A stretch of 32,283 bases of DNA from contig JAEOTM010000175.1 of assembly GCA_016839815.1 (NCBI GenBank), positions 1-32,283 of the forward strand, written 5' to 3'. The DNA comes from Candidatus Hodarchaeota archaeon. GTDB taxonomy: Archaea > Asgardarchaeota > Heimdallarchaeia > Hodarchaeales > Hodarchaeaceae. The notes under the pieces are model-generated. The model was not told the DNA's origin. It did not search any database and saw nothing but the letters and a program-made list of their open reading frames with translations. A program made the translations under genes and the position numbers. Below, in pieces: positions 8,047 to 16,888 of the stretch; position 1 is the first letter of the stretch, and each line of letters starts with the position of its first letter.

Positions 8047-8871
8047 GTGATATTTCCATTGGAAAAACGAAAAGATTACATTATTGAGATATTCAAAAAG
8101 AATAGAGCTTTACTGAAAGGCCCTGATTGGGAAACCATGCCTCCTCACGAAGATTGGGAGTCTGATCAACAGAAGGGAATAGAAGAACCCCCTCCTCAGA
8201 AAGCTTATCCAAAAGATGCACCTATTATAGATTTAATTTCCAGAAATCACTTTAGCTCACGAGATTTTCCTACTACTGTTCTAGATGCGATTTCTAATCG
8301 ACGTAGTAGGAGAAATTTTAGTGAGTCTCCATTAACCCGTAAAGAATTGTCATTTTTATTGTATGCTACGCAGGGGATTCGCAAAGTAGGGCCTGATGAG
8401 CGTCATGGGCAAAAAAGAGCTGTTAGACGGACAGTTCCCTCTGGAGGGTCCCGTCATCCTTTTGAGACATATCTAGTAATTCAACAGGTGGAAGGAGTTT
8501 CTCCAGGTATCTATCGATACCTTGCATTTGAGGAGCAATTGCTATTCGTAAAATCAATTGAGGATGCATCTATTGCTGAAACTTTATCGAAATTAACTTT
8601 TAGCCAGTCATTTGTGGGAAAAAGTGCAGTGCTTTTCATTTGGACAGTTATTCCCTACCGAACTGAATGGCGATATTCTATACTTTCTTACAAGGATATA
8701 TTGATCGAAGCAGGCCATGTCTGCCAAAACCTTTATCTGGCATGTGAAGCAATTAATGCAGGAACCTGTGCAATTTTGGCATATGATCAGAAAGGTTTTG
8801 ATGAATTTATAGATGTTAACGGTGAGGAAGAATTCACTGTCTATATTGCTCCAGTCGGTAAACAGAAATAA
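8047..8871 (+). CDS. SagB/ThcOx-family FMN-dependent nitroreductase/dehydrogenase
   Basis: RRSRRNF, RTVPSGGSRHPFETY, EAGHVCQNLYLACEA. Confidence 0.9.
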   Translation: MIFPLEKRKDYIIEIFKKNRALLKGPDWETMPPHEDWESDQQKGIEEPPPQKAYPKDAPIIDLISRNHFSSRDFPTTVLDAISNRRSRRNFSESPLTRKELSFLLYATQGIRKVGPDERHGQKRAVRRTVPSGGSRHPFETYLVIQQVEGVSPGIYRYLAFEEQLLFVKSIEDASIAETLSKLTFSQSFVGKSAVLFIWTVIPYRTEWRYSILSYKDILIEAGHVCQNLYLACEAINAGTCAILAYDQKGFDEFIDVNGEEEFTVYIAPVGKQK

Positions 8872-8876
8872 TCGAT

Positions 8877-9977
8877 TTATTGACTAGACTCGCGTAACTC
8901 CTTTGGAAAGGGTCTCCAAGTCAGAACAAGAAGTAAAATGATTATAATGGAAGCTTGTGAAAATGTGCATAAAGTGCAGATAAAGTCAATCACAAAGAGT
9001 TCTAAATACAAGAGATAGAATAAGGACACAAACATAAGAGATAATTGAACTATGATAAAATAATACCAATTTCTACCAAAATTTTCATCCAAAGTAAATG
9101 ATTTCTCTCTTCCAAGTGACAGTGTTAAAGGGAAGGGAAGTATTCCAAGTAATAGTATTTGTATCAATATTAACGAGAGGATGATAATTCCTAATAATGC
9201 AAATGGAATCTCCAAGTTGAAAAAGTTGAATATTTCATGTTTTCTGAAAAGTAGAACTTTAACCTGATCTTTTGACGCACATCCACAACCTCCACCCAGA
9301 AAATCTAGTAGTTGATAAGTTAAAGCTGTTAGAGAACTAAGGGCAAAAGATGAGATTAAAAAAAGATGCTCTTTTTCTATACGCTTTAACTCGATCCTAA
9401 GATCAGTTTTCCGATCAACCACAACACTCCCAATGGTGAGAATGAATACTATACCACCAATCAGGACAACTGCATATACTAGTAAAGATGTATCAATGAC
9501 ATCAAAGGAGGGAGGAGAGTTTCCATTATTATCAGGAGGAATATATCCAATATCAAGTAATATCGATTCGAAAGTCGATTTAATAACTCCATTATCAGCA
9601 GTAATTGTTTCAATATCTAGTACTACAGTGTTATTGGTCTCCCATATAAATATCACCCAAGGTAGGTTACCATAATCCGAAATAGTAATATTATATTTTT
9701 CCATTTGCTCAAAAAAGTAATCTGGATCTTGAGAAGCATCAATAAATGAGAATGAAATACTCTCATTCTGCTTATATTCTTCATAAAAAGGATCTACATA
9801 GGAATTGTATTTTTCAACGCAGGATGAACATTGACTGAACGTAATAATGATACAGTCAACTTGGACATCAACTTGACCATTTACCTGATAGAGATGATTG
9901 ATCCCAAGAAATAATGTAGAAATAATAAGTATGGTCGCAACATTGTGAGGAAAGTGAATCTTGGGCAGAAACGTCAC
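8877..9977 (-). CDS. Exported thioredoxin-like domain fused to a VKOR (vitamin K epoxide reductase) domain
   Basis: Signal-like N-terminus; CSSC and LPWVIF (cis-Pro) Trx features; TM helices; loop cysteines GGGCGC; IPFALLG; LELFVIDFICTLC (VKOR CxxC). Confidence 0.75.
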   Translation of the reverse strand: MTFLPKIHFPHNVATILIISTLFLGINHLYQVNGQVDVQVDCIIITFSQCSSCVEKYNSYVDPFYEEYKQNESISFSFIDASQDPDYFFEQMEKYNITISDYGNLPWVIFIWETNNTVVLDIETITADNGVIKSTFESILLDIGYIPPDNNGNSPPSFDVIDTSLLVYAVVLIGGIVFILTIGSVVVDRKTDLRIELKRIEKEHLFLISSFALSSLTALTYQLLDFLGGGCGCASKDQVKVLLFRKHEIFNFFNLEIPFALLGIIILSLILIQILLLGILPFPLTLSLGREKSFTLDENFGRNWYYFIIVQLSLMFVSLFYLLYLELFVIDFICTLCTFSQASIIIILLLVLTWRPFPKELRESSQ

Positions 9978-10783
9978 TTCTTCTTTAATTTTTTCAGTAA
10001 TTTGGTCACAATCGGGGAGAAATACTCAAATGCTTCCGATAATCCTTTATCTTCATCGACCCTGATATTCAAATCAAACGGAATCTTTCCAAGAACTTCG
10101 GTATTAAACTCATTTGCCATCTTTTCTCCTCCTCCTTCTCCGAATAACGTATGTTCAGCATTGCACGACGGGCATTTAAAAACAGACATGTTTTCGATAA
10201 TGCCAAGAACTGGATCGGATTCTTCTCCCAACATTTTTCGTGACATGACAAGAGATTTCCCAGTGTCTAAGATACTTACCTCCTGAGGAGTCGTGACGAT
10301 TACCACACCATCAAGGTCTGGTAACATTTGCATGATACTAATCGCTTCATCACCAGTTCCTGGAGGCATATCGAAAATTAGGATTTCTAAAGGTCCCCAT
10401 TCAAAATCGGTCAGGAATTGATTTAGTGCCTTCATTTTAAGCGGACCTCTCCACACAACAGGTGTAGATGACGTTTCTAGAAAGAAGGCCATCGATATTA
10501 TCTTTACATCTAATGGTCCAACTACTGGAAGAGGCTTTCCATTGTCTTGTACTTCAACTTTTTTATCCTCCACTCCTAACATTTTGGCAATATTGGGTCC
10601 TGAAAAATCAAGATCAGCAATACCAACCTTACCTGGAAATTTTTTTCCAAAAGCCAAGGCTAAGTTTGAGGCAACAGTAGATTTACCTACTCCACCTTTA
10701 CCACTAAGTACGACAATTTTTCTTTTCACATTTTTCATCGCAGCAGCAATTTCATCTTGCTGTGTTTTTAAATTTGACTGCAC
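9974..10783 (-). CDS. mrp: Mrp/NBP35 (ApbC) Fe-S cluster carrier ATPase
   Basis: SGKGGVGKST, VVWRGP, DMPPGTGDE, VTTPQ, GIIENMS..CPSC. Confidence 0.95.
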   Translation of the reverse strand: MQSNLKTQQDEIAAAMKNVKRKIVVLSGKGGVGKSTVASNLALAFGKKFPGKVGIADLDFSGPNIAKMLGVEDKKVEVQDNGKPLPVVGPLDVKIISMAFFLETSSTPVVWRGPLKMKALNQFLTDFEWGPLEILIFDMPPGTGDEAISIMQMLPDLDGVVIVTTPQEVSILDTGKSLVMSRKMLGEESDPVLGIIENMSVFKCPSCNAEHTLFGEGGGEKMANEFNTEVLGKIPFDLNIRVDEDKGLSEAFEYFSPIVTKLLKKLKKK

Positions 10784-10914
10784 AGTTATTTCCTTCAGAA
10801 TTTACTCTTTTTAATGACTGAAAGTCTTAATTAACGAGGAGATTTAACACGATTTTAATTTTTCTTCACTTTATTGTTCGTAAATGACTGCTTTATCTAT
10901 TATTTTGCATCAGT

Positions 10915-12096
10915 CTATTCTCGTCCAAAAGCTAGTTTCACCAAATCAAACGCACCTTCAAAAACATGTTTGGGAACGACAGTTAATTCTTCTGCTTCTG
11001 ACCCATATTTCAAGTTAAAAAATTGACTGAAGGCATCTAGAGCACTCCAGAGAAATCTAGAGGCATGATCTGCAATAATGAAAGTGAGAAAATTCTCATT
11101 ATTAGAAAGCATTATAGTTTCTTCTTGAAATTGAATCATTTTGACATCAGTTGTTTCAATCATCTCTGTAAATAGGTTTATAACAGCAAGAACTCCACCA
11201 GAGAATAATAAATCACGATCACTACCCATATTTCCTCTAGGTGCAAAATCATAAGAGTACAACATCAATCCTGATTTATTAATAACCATAAGCTTTCTTA
11301 GTCTGTGGAACTGCAATAAACCAAGTGGTGCACTTACATAGGCTTTATAAATTAACCAGCTACCCACAATCACACTCATATGAGGAGCGAGATGTTGGAG
11401 GAAGATATGGAAATCTGGATTGATAAATTTCTCTAAAAACCTGGCACTAACGACAACCAGAAGTGGAATACCAAAAAAGAAGATGATGGAAAGCTGTAAC
11501 AATAATGCCTGTGTCCTTTGTTTCTTAATTGTTATTTGGTATTTAATTTTCTGAAGAGAGTATAAAGTGACGATAATTACATAACCTACAAAATATGCGG
11601 CTGGAAAATTGGTAGTGTATAGAAGAATTAAAACAGTCTGAAGAGCTATAAAGAGATTGTCAATATTCTGCATAAAATTTAATTCTGTTGTCATAATATC
11701 TGGAAACAGCACTGGATATATCATATTTAGCAGAAAAGCCCCAAGAAATATACCATAAATTGAGGCATGAATAGGTGAGACCTGATCTTTGCGAAAAAAT
11801 TCGATAAATAACAAGAAAACACCTGAAGACAATCCACCATATAGCGGGAATAAGTAGTTGATAATATTTCCCTCATTTCGGTAAAATTGGACGGGATCAT
11901 TCATATTGAGAATATAAAAGATAAATTCAAAAGCTACAAATGCAATAAAAGTAATATACAATCCAATTAATATCCCAATTACAGGAAGCTTAGTTTCTCG
12001 CCACCTAATCCGTAAAGAACGAAATAGAAAAAGCGAAACACCTATCTCAAGAGAAAATATGATAAATCCAACTAAGCTGAGGGTTCCGATAACCAT
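10915..12096 (-). CDS. Seven-TM membrane protein with C-terminal longin-like domain
   Basis: About 7 hydrophobic helices, then KLMVINKSGLMLYSYDF...LLFSGGVLAVINLFTEM...FFNLKY, the typical Asgard longin/roadblock pattern. Confidence 0.75.
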   Translation of the reverse strand: MVIGTLSLVGFIIFSLEIGVSLFLFRSLRIRWRETKLPVIGILIGLYITFIAFVAFEFIFYILNMNDPVQFYRNEGNIINYLFPLYGGLSSGVFLLFIEFFRKDQVSPIHASIYGIFLGAFLLNMIYPVLFPDIMTTELNFMQNIDNLFIALQTVLILLYTTNFPAAYFVGYVIIVTLYSLQKIKYQITIKKQRTQALLLQLSIIFFFGIPLLVVVSARFLEKFINPDFHIFLQHLAPHMSVIVGSWLIYKAYVSAPLGLLQFHRLRKLMVINKSGLMLYSYDFAPRGNMGSDRDLLFSGGVLAVINLFTEMIETTDVKMIQFQEETIMLSNNENFLTFIIADHASRFLWSALDAFSQFFNLKYGSEAEELTVVPKHVFEGAFDLVKLAFGRE

Positions 12097-12223
12097 TTAA
12101 TGATCAATCCTGCAAGCGGTATAGGTGTGGGTTTGAATTCAATTTGAATAATTTTTCAAAGTACTTAAACACTTGGAAATAAGTCAAATCATACCATCAA
12201 ACTACAAAAAGAAGACTTAAGAC

Positions 12224-13000
12224 ATGACTTCCTTTCTTTTTCAAATTGCTCAGGATTCACTTTCATCTAAAAACGTAAAAACAGATCTGAAAATAGAAAC
12301 TGTAATTGTTGGCGTTCGCTATACTTGCGTACTTCTATCAAATGGATCATGCGGAGTAGCATATACATTGGTAGAGAATGAAGGTATGAAAGAAAGCCAT
12401 CACAAATATTTAACAGAAAAATACCTGCACAGAAAGGACATTATTGAATTAATCGAATATTGTGACTCAGAGTTCTCAATTTTTAGAAGTATTGGAATAG
12501 CTACTCTGAATGCGTTCTCGCAAGCTAACCTCAAAGTAGAAAGTGAAGAGGATATAGGAATAACTGATATTTTACCTGAAAAAGCATCTAATGTTGGTAT
12601 GATTGGAGATATTCAACCAATCACCCGAATCCTGGTTCAAAAAGGATATAAAGTTCATATATTAGATAAATATCCCTCTTCAGGAAAAAATCCTAATATT
12701 GTTAATGTAAATAACATTTCAGATCTAAAAAATAGCACTCATCTGATAGTTTCAGGTTCAGCCTTTGTTTTTAACAATTTTGATTATGTTCGTGACCTTC
12801 TCTCCACAGTTCCAGGAGAAAAAGTTCTTCTTGGTCCTACAGCTCAAATACTCCCAAAAATCGCCTTTAAACACGGTTTCACATATATTGGAAGCTCAAA
12901 GATAATCGATCCATCATCTACCATCAGAGTGATTATGGAAGCAGGTGGGTATCGGGCTTTTAAGGAATTTACGAAAAAATATTCATTTCGAGCAGACTAG
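12224..13000 (+). CDS. DUF364/DUF4213 Rossmann-like (putative heavy-metal chelation) protein
   Basis: GVRYTCV....CGVA, RSIGIATLNA, VGMIG, LIVSGSA..NN, LLGPTA. Confidence 0.85.
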   Translation: MTSFLFQIAQDSLSSKNVKTDLKIETVIVGVRYTCVLLSNGSCGVAYTLVENEGMKESHHKYLTEKYLHRKDIIELIEYCDSEFSIFRSIGIATLNAFSQANLKVESEEDIGITDILPEKASNVGMIGDIQPITRILVQKGYKVHILDKYPSSGKNPNIVNVNNISDLKNSTHLIVSGSAFVFNNFDYVRDLLSTVPGEKVLLGPTAQILPKIAFKHGFTYIGSSKIIDPSSTIRVIMEAGGYRAFKEFTKKYSFRAD

Positions 13001-13011
13001 CTTCATGGTCA

Positions 13012-13029
13012 GAATTTTGTCGAAAATTC
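13012..13029. terminator. Hairpin GAATTTT-GTCG-AAAATTC after DUF364
   Basis: 7-bp perfect inverted repeat 11 nt after the stop codon. Confidence 0.35.
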
Positions 13030-13043
13030 CAGAGAGTTGCGGA

Positions 13044-13071
13044 TGACACTTTTTGACACTTTTTGACACTT
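13044..13071. repeat. Tandem direct repeat (TGACACTTTT)x2.8
   Basis: TGACACTTTT TGACACTTTT TGACACTT with a 10-bp period, followed by the inverted repeat CTAGATAT (13072-13079) / ATATCTAG (13089-13096). Confidence 0.9.
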
Positions 13072-13147
13072 CTAGATATGTCCCAAATATATCTAGTAGC
13101 ACATTCATAGATCCATTCAGAACAGAAATAATTGGAAGATTGCAGAA

Positions 13148-13411
13148 ATGTCAGTTACGACTCAATTTGGATTCAAAAAGTCCTTAGATCGCTTAATGCA
13201 GTTAATATATCTTTCATCGAACTTCTTTACAAATCTCGAGGTTCAAAATCAAGTATGTGCGCTTAATGTCAAGGATACGTTTACAGAAACCGAAAAAAAT
13301 CAATTATTGACCTACTTTCTGGATCTAATTGAATCTCTTTCTCTCGAAAGAATCTATCTCACCCAAGACCCCAATGACAAGAACCGTTATTTCTACAACG
13401 GAGGATTTTGA
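13148..13411 (+). CDS. Hypothetical protein, 87 aa
   Basis: ATG-initiated ORF; its 3' end carries the GGAGG SD of the next gene. Confidence 0.6.
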   Translation: MSVTTQFGFKKSLDRLMQLIYLSSNFFTNLEVQNQVCALNVKDTFTETEKNQLLTYFLDLIESLSLERIYLTQDPNDKNRYFYNGGF

Positions 13412-13412
13412 C

Positions 13413-13859
13413 TTGTATTCAGAATATTATGCTGTACCCAATAAGAAATCAACTCCCAAAAAGAAAACAGTGATCCATTACTGGAAGGAACCCCGATTGA
13501 GCTCTCAAAAAATTGATCAAAACCTAGTGGAGAAAGATGAAAAAGAGGTAGAGGCTTCCCGATTAGCTGATAGAGCCCTACTCCTACTTTCCTTCAAGGA
13601 CACACCTAGTCAAAATTTACATCACGTATTACAAGTTTTGGGAATTCACTCCATTGAAGAAAAAAGAAGTATCTTGCAAGAAATCTTCCGTTTAATTCGA
13701 GAAGGTATTGTCTATGTTCCTAAGGGCCTCCCACTATTGATTGACCAGGGAATTGACAATATCGAAAACGTTTCTGAAATTGATCTTGTACTCCTCAAAC
13801 CCTACGATCAATTGATCTCAGAAATCCAACGAGATATCTCTGCATTTAATAATACATGA
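13413..13859 (+). CDS. Hypothetical protein with a possible C-terminal winged helix (start reassigned to TTG 13413)
   Basis: GGAGG at 13400-13404, TTG one base after the previous stop; ILQEIFRLIREGIVYVPK resembles a WH recognition helix plus wing. Confidence 0.6.
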   Translation: MYSEYYAVPNKKSTPKKKTVIHYWKEPRLSSQKIDQNLVEKDEKEVEASRLADRALLLLSFKDTPSQNLHHVLQVLGIHSIEEKRSILQEIFRLIREGIVYVPKGLPLLIDQGIDNIENVSEIDLVLLKPYDQLISEIQRDISAFNNT

Positions 13860-14300
13860 ATATATTAGAAAGAGTTGAAAAAATTGGCGTTGCAAAACTC
13901 AAGAATTTTGGAAAGAAATTCTGTAAGCACTGCACAGCTGAATGAGCTAAAAATCCATCTTAGATTAATGAATAGTACTTGTGAAGATTTACTAACTAGA
14001 AAATGGCAACATATTCAACATATGCAAATTGATTTGGATTTAGACCCAAATATGAGCATTAAGGAACTAGTCCAATTGTATCATAAGTTCGAAGATTTAA
14101 TAGAGGTTTTTAAGCTAAAATCTTACACTTTCCGCCAATTGGAAAAACTTTTGGTAGAAATAGAAACCGTTAAAGATATGTTAGATATTTCTCGTGATAC
14201 TCCGTTCCAGCAAATAGTTTTTCAACTAACTTCGTATGATATTCCATCATTAGGAGTGGGAAATAACTCTATCTTAGAAAAGATAATGAAATATTACTAA
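13856..14300 (+). CDS. Helical/coiled-coil hypothetical protein; either TTG 13875 start, or ATG 13856 with a +1 frameshift in the A6 run at 13878-13883
   Basis: ATGA overlap with the upstream stop; heptad-like helices. Confidence 0.6.
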
Positions 14301-14316
14301 CTGGAATTTCTTTTCC

Positions 14317-14377
14317 TGAGAATTTCCCTTATCATATAGTTCTAGCTAGTCTATGATAAATAAGGGGTTTTTTCTCA
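14317..14377 (+). terminator. Long imperfect hairpin followed by a T-run
   Basis: TGAGAA/TTCTCA, CCCTTA/TAAGGG and TATCATA/TATGATA arms; a T6 run follows TAAGGGG. Confidence 0.5.
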
Positions 14378-14461
14378 ACTTTTTCTTTAGCAAAATCTCT
14401 TAAAACTACTTGACATGGTGAGAATCTATAGTACTTAAATCGAAAAAGAAGGCTAATTAGT

Positions 14462-15988
14462 ATGTCACTCCCCTTTTCTATTAATTCTGCTCGAGATTGG
14501 ATTACACACGTACCGACTTTCCTCGCTTCTCTCAGTGAATATTCTGATTTTGTAAGAAATGCAAGTGTTACAAGCTATCTTGCGAATACCCTTGCTCAGG
14601 TGATGAATGAAGCGAAAGAAGAGATTCTACTTACGATTTATTCTATCCTCAATGAATCATCTGATGTGGGAAAATTTGTACTGATTCAGACATTATTACA
14701 TGCTACAGATATTTGGACTGATTTAGTTCAATTTTCCCGAATCAAGCCTACACTAACAGCCTTAGCCCTCTCACCAGATAAATTGTATACAAAAGATGCG
14801 ATAAATTTATCACAAAAACTTGAAGACATTCCATCTAGTGAGATAACGAGGGATATAGAGGATGATTCGACTATTTATAAAGCTGAAGAAAAGGAAATGG
14901 CCAAACAAGCTCCAGAAATGGTGAGAGAGGACTCCTACGGAGCTGTAAGAACTGAGAAGAAAAAAGCTAAAAGAAGTATGCCAGTTCCCTCTTCCACACA
15001 AGAGATACCAACACCTGTTCCACAACCCGTTCCAAAACCTGCTCCTCCTCCAGCAGCTCCTGCACGGGGAGTTGAACCTTCCCCTCCTCCTCCCTCAGTC
15101 TCCATTGGTGCGAAAGCTGCAGAATCAACTAAATCTAGATTAGCAGAAAAAGGAGTTTTTGATGAAGCAGAAGAAGAACTAGAACCATTACTTGAAGAGC
15201 CTGCTCCTGTAGAAGAGGCATTTGACGATCAAATCATAGATGATTTCAAACCTAATGAAGCGGTTATGGCGGGTTCAGCTGATGTAGGCTCTCCACGACC
15301 AACTCCTCAGTCAAAGAGTGTTTTTACTCATGTGCATTATTTTAATCGGATGAATTCCCGAAAAACTTATCCTTTTACCGTTTCCTTGTCCAGTGCTGCT
15401 AAAAAAGTCAGAGCGCGGAAGATGCATATACTCTCTGGAGAACGAGAGACAGAAAAACAGGCCGAATTTGAACTTGATCATCTTACGAGACAAATTATGG
15501 TAGAGTTACTTATTTCAGGGTGTTTAGTGCAACCAAACTTTCAATATGTTGATCCAGATAATTTACCAGTCGAATTGACTTTTTATATTACTCCTCTGGT
15601 AGAAGCGGGTTATCAAGCCTCAAAAATTGAAGGTCAATTATTACTCAAAAATGACATGGGAATGATTCTTCAGAATCTTCCCCTATCCGATATTTTCGTT
15701 GTGAGTAACCGAATCTCTAAGATTGCCGCCCTTGTTGGAGCAATTGGTGGTGGAACTCTTCCAGCACTTGATTTTCTCTTCGGTGTTAATTTACAGGAGG
15801 CTCTAACAGGCCAATTGGAATATACTGCTCCTGATATCGCGAATGAAGTTAATATTCGATCTTTGATTACAACAAGTCAAATAGCAATCTTTGTTATCTT
15901 TATTAGCATAGGTCTTCTGTGGTGGTGGCGTAAAGGAAGATCTAGAAGAGCACCCGAGGAAAAACTCGCAATCAATCTTCCTCAATAA
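14462..15988 (+). CDS. Membrane-anchored hypothetical protein: helical N-domain, Pro-rich/acidic linker, beta-rich domain, C-terminal TM segments
   Basis: PVPQPVPKPAPPPAAP...SPPPPS; acidic EEAFDDQIIDDF; beta-strand pattern HVHYFNRM..YPFTVSL...LTFYITP; TM IAIFVIFISIGLLWWW followed by RKGRSRR. Confidence 0.85.
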   Translation: MSLPFSINSARDWITHVPTFLASLSEYSDFVRNASVTSYLANTLAQVMNEAKEEILLTIYSILNESSDVGKFVLIQTLLHATDIWTDLVQFSRIKPTLTALALSPDKLYTKDAINLSQKLEDIPSSEITRDIEDDSTIYKAEEKEMAKQAPEMVREDSYGAVRTEKKKAKRSMPVPSSTQEIPTPVPQPVPKPAPPPAAPARGVEPSPPPPSVSIGAKAAESTKSRLAEKGVFDEAEEELEPLLEEPAPVEEAFDDQIIDDFKPNEAVMAGSADVGSPRPTPQSKSVFTHVHYFNRMNSRKTYPFTVSLSSAAKKVRARKMHILSGERETEKQAEFELDHLTRQIMVELLISGCLVQPNFQYVDPDNLPVELTFYITPLVEAGYQASKIEGQLLLKNDMGMILQNLPLSDIFVVSNRISKIAALVGAIGGGTLPALDFLFGVNLQEALTGQLEYTAPDIANEVNIRSLITTSQIAIFVIFISIGLLWWWRKGRSRRAPEEKLAINLPQ

Positions 15989-16035
15989 TCTGCTGCATCT
16001 ATCCATGGATAATACAACTTATCAGATGAAGTAAT

Positions 16036-16881
16036 ATGACATTCCACACAGGGATTACAGTCCAAGCTATAGGTGATTTGACTCCGTCCAATGTAGTTGA
16101 CTTGGGAATGGCAATCAATCTACGGCACATCGAATTTGATCCCTCAGTTTTTCCAGATATTTCGAATGTCATGCAACGATTAAGAACAGACCAAACTTCT
16201 ATTCACGCACCATATATGGAAGATTACAAAATGGATCTTTCATCGCAATCTCCTCAGATAGACAAATTAATTCAGGATATAAATCACTGGAAAACGCGTA
16301 TGAACATTATCGGAGTTGTCGTCCACCCTCCTCTTGATGCAGGAGGAGATATGGGTAAATTCTACGATCGCTTGGATTTACTACCCTTTCCATTACTCGA
16401 AAACATGCCTTATCAGTCATGGGAGGACTTCCTTGAGTTTTTCGATACTACTCAATCAAATGTGAATAATCCATTGGGAATATGCTTTGATATTCCCCAC
16501 TCGTTTATTACGAATGGAGAACAGTTTCTAGATGTGCCTGATAAGGTATTAAGGCATTTAAAATCTCCGACGGGATATATTCATATTTCAGGGGGCACAT
16601 CAGAAGAAGATACCCACTATCCTCTATTAACTGATGGTAACATGCCTTTTCAAGTAGTGCCCAGATTTCTTCAGAGAATATCATTCAGGGGGACTGTAAC
16701 AATGGAATTATATCCACGATCGTTCCAAGATATCGATAAAATTCTTCGTTCCTATATCATAATGCTTGGTGTGTCAAAAAAGAGGATACATAAACTTTCT
16801 GTTCAAATCAAAAGACCTTTCATCATGCGAAAGATCAATAAGATGGCTTCAGCAAAAAAACTCCATTCCGAGAAAAAATAA
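16036..16881 (+). CDS. Sugar phosphate isomerase/epimerase (AP endonuclease family 2) TIM-barrel protein
   Basis: SIHAPY, VVVHP, LLENMP, CFDIPH, IHIS...DTHYPL..G and TMEL metal-ligand motifs. Confidence 0.8.
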   Translation: MTFHTGITVQAIGDLTPSNVVDLGMAINLRHIEFDPSVFPDISNVMQRLRTDQTSIHAPYMEDYKMDLSSQSPQIDKLIQDINHWKTRMNIIGVVVHPPLDAGGDMGKFYDRLDLLPFPLLENMPYQSWEDFLEFFDTTQSNVNNPLGICFDIPHSFITNGEQFLDVPDKVLRHLKSPTGYIHISGGTSEEDTHYPLLTDGNMPFQVVPRFLQRISFRGTVTMELYPRSFQDIDKILRSYIIMLGVSKKRIHKLSVQIKRPFIMRKINKMASAKKLHSEKK

Positions 16882-16888
16882 CAGAAAT

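Noticed and set aside
8047-8871. SagB-like gene as part of a RiPP (azole peptide) cluster
   Set aside because: No YcaO cyclodehydratase or adjacent precursor; stand-alone SagB-type nitroreductases are common.
12110-12145. GTGGGTTTGAATTC resembling a tRNA T-arm
   Set aside because: No cloverleaf, acceptor stem or D-arm can be formed.
13044-13071. Direct repeats as a CRISPR array
   Set aside because: 10-bp units with no spacers and no cas genes.
13329-13412. TTG 13329 start for the second operon gene
   Set aside because: It would overlap the upstream gene by 83 nt; TTG 13413 has a GGAGG SD and abuts the upstream stop.
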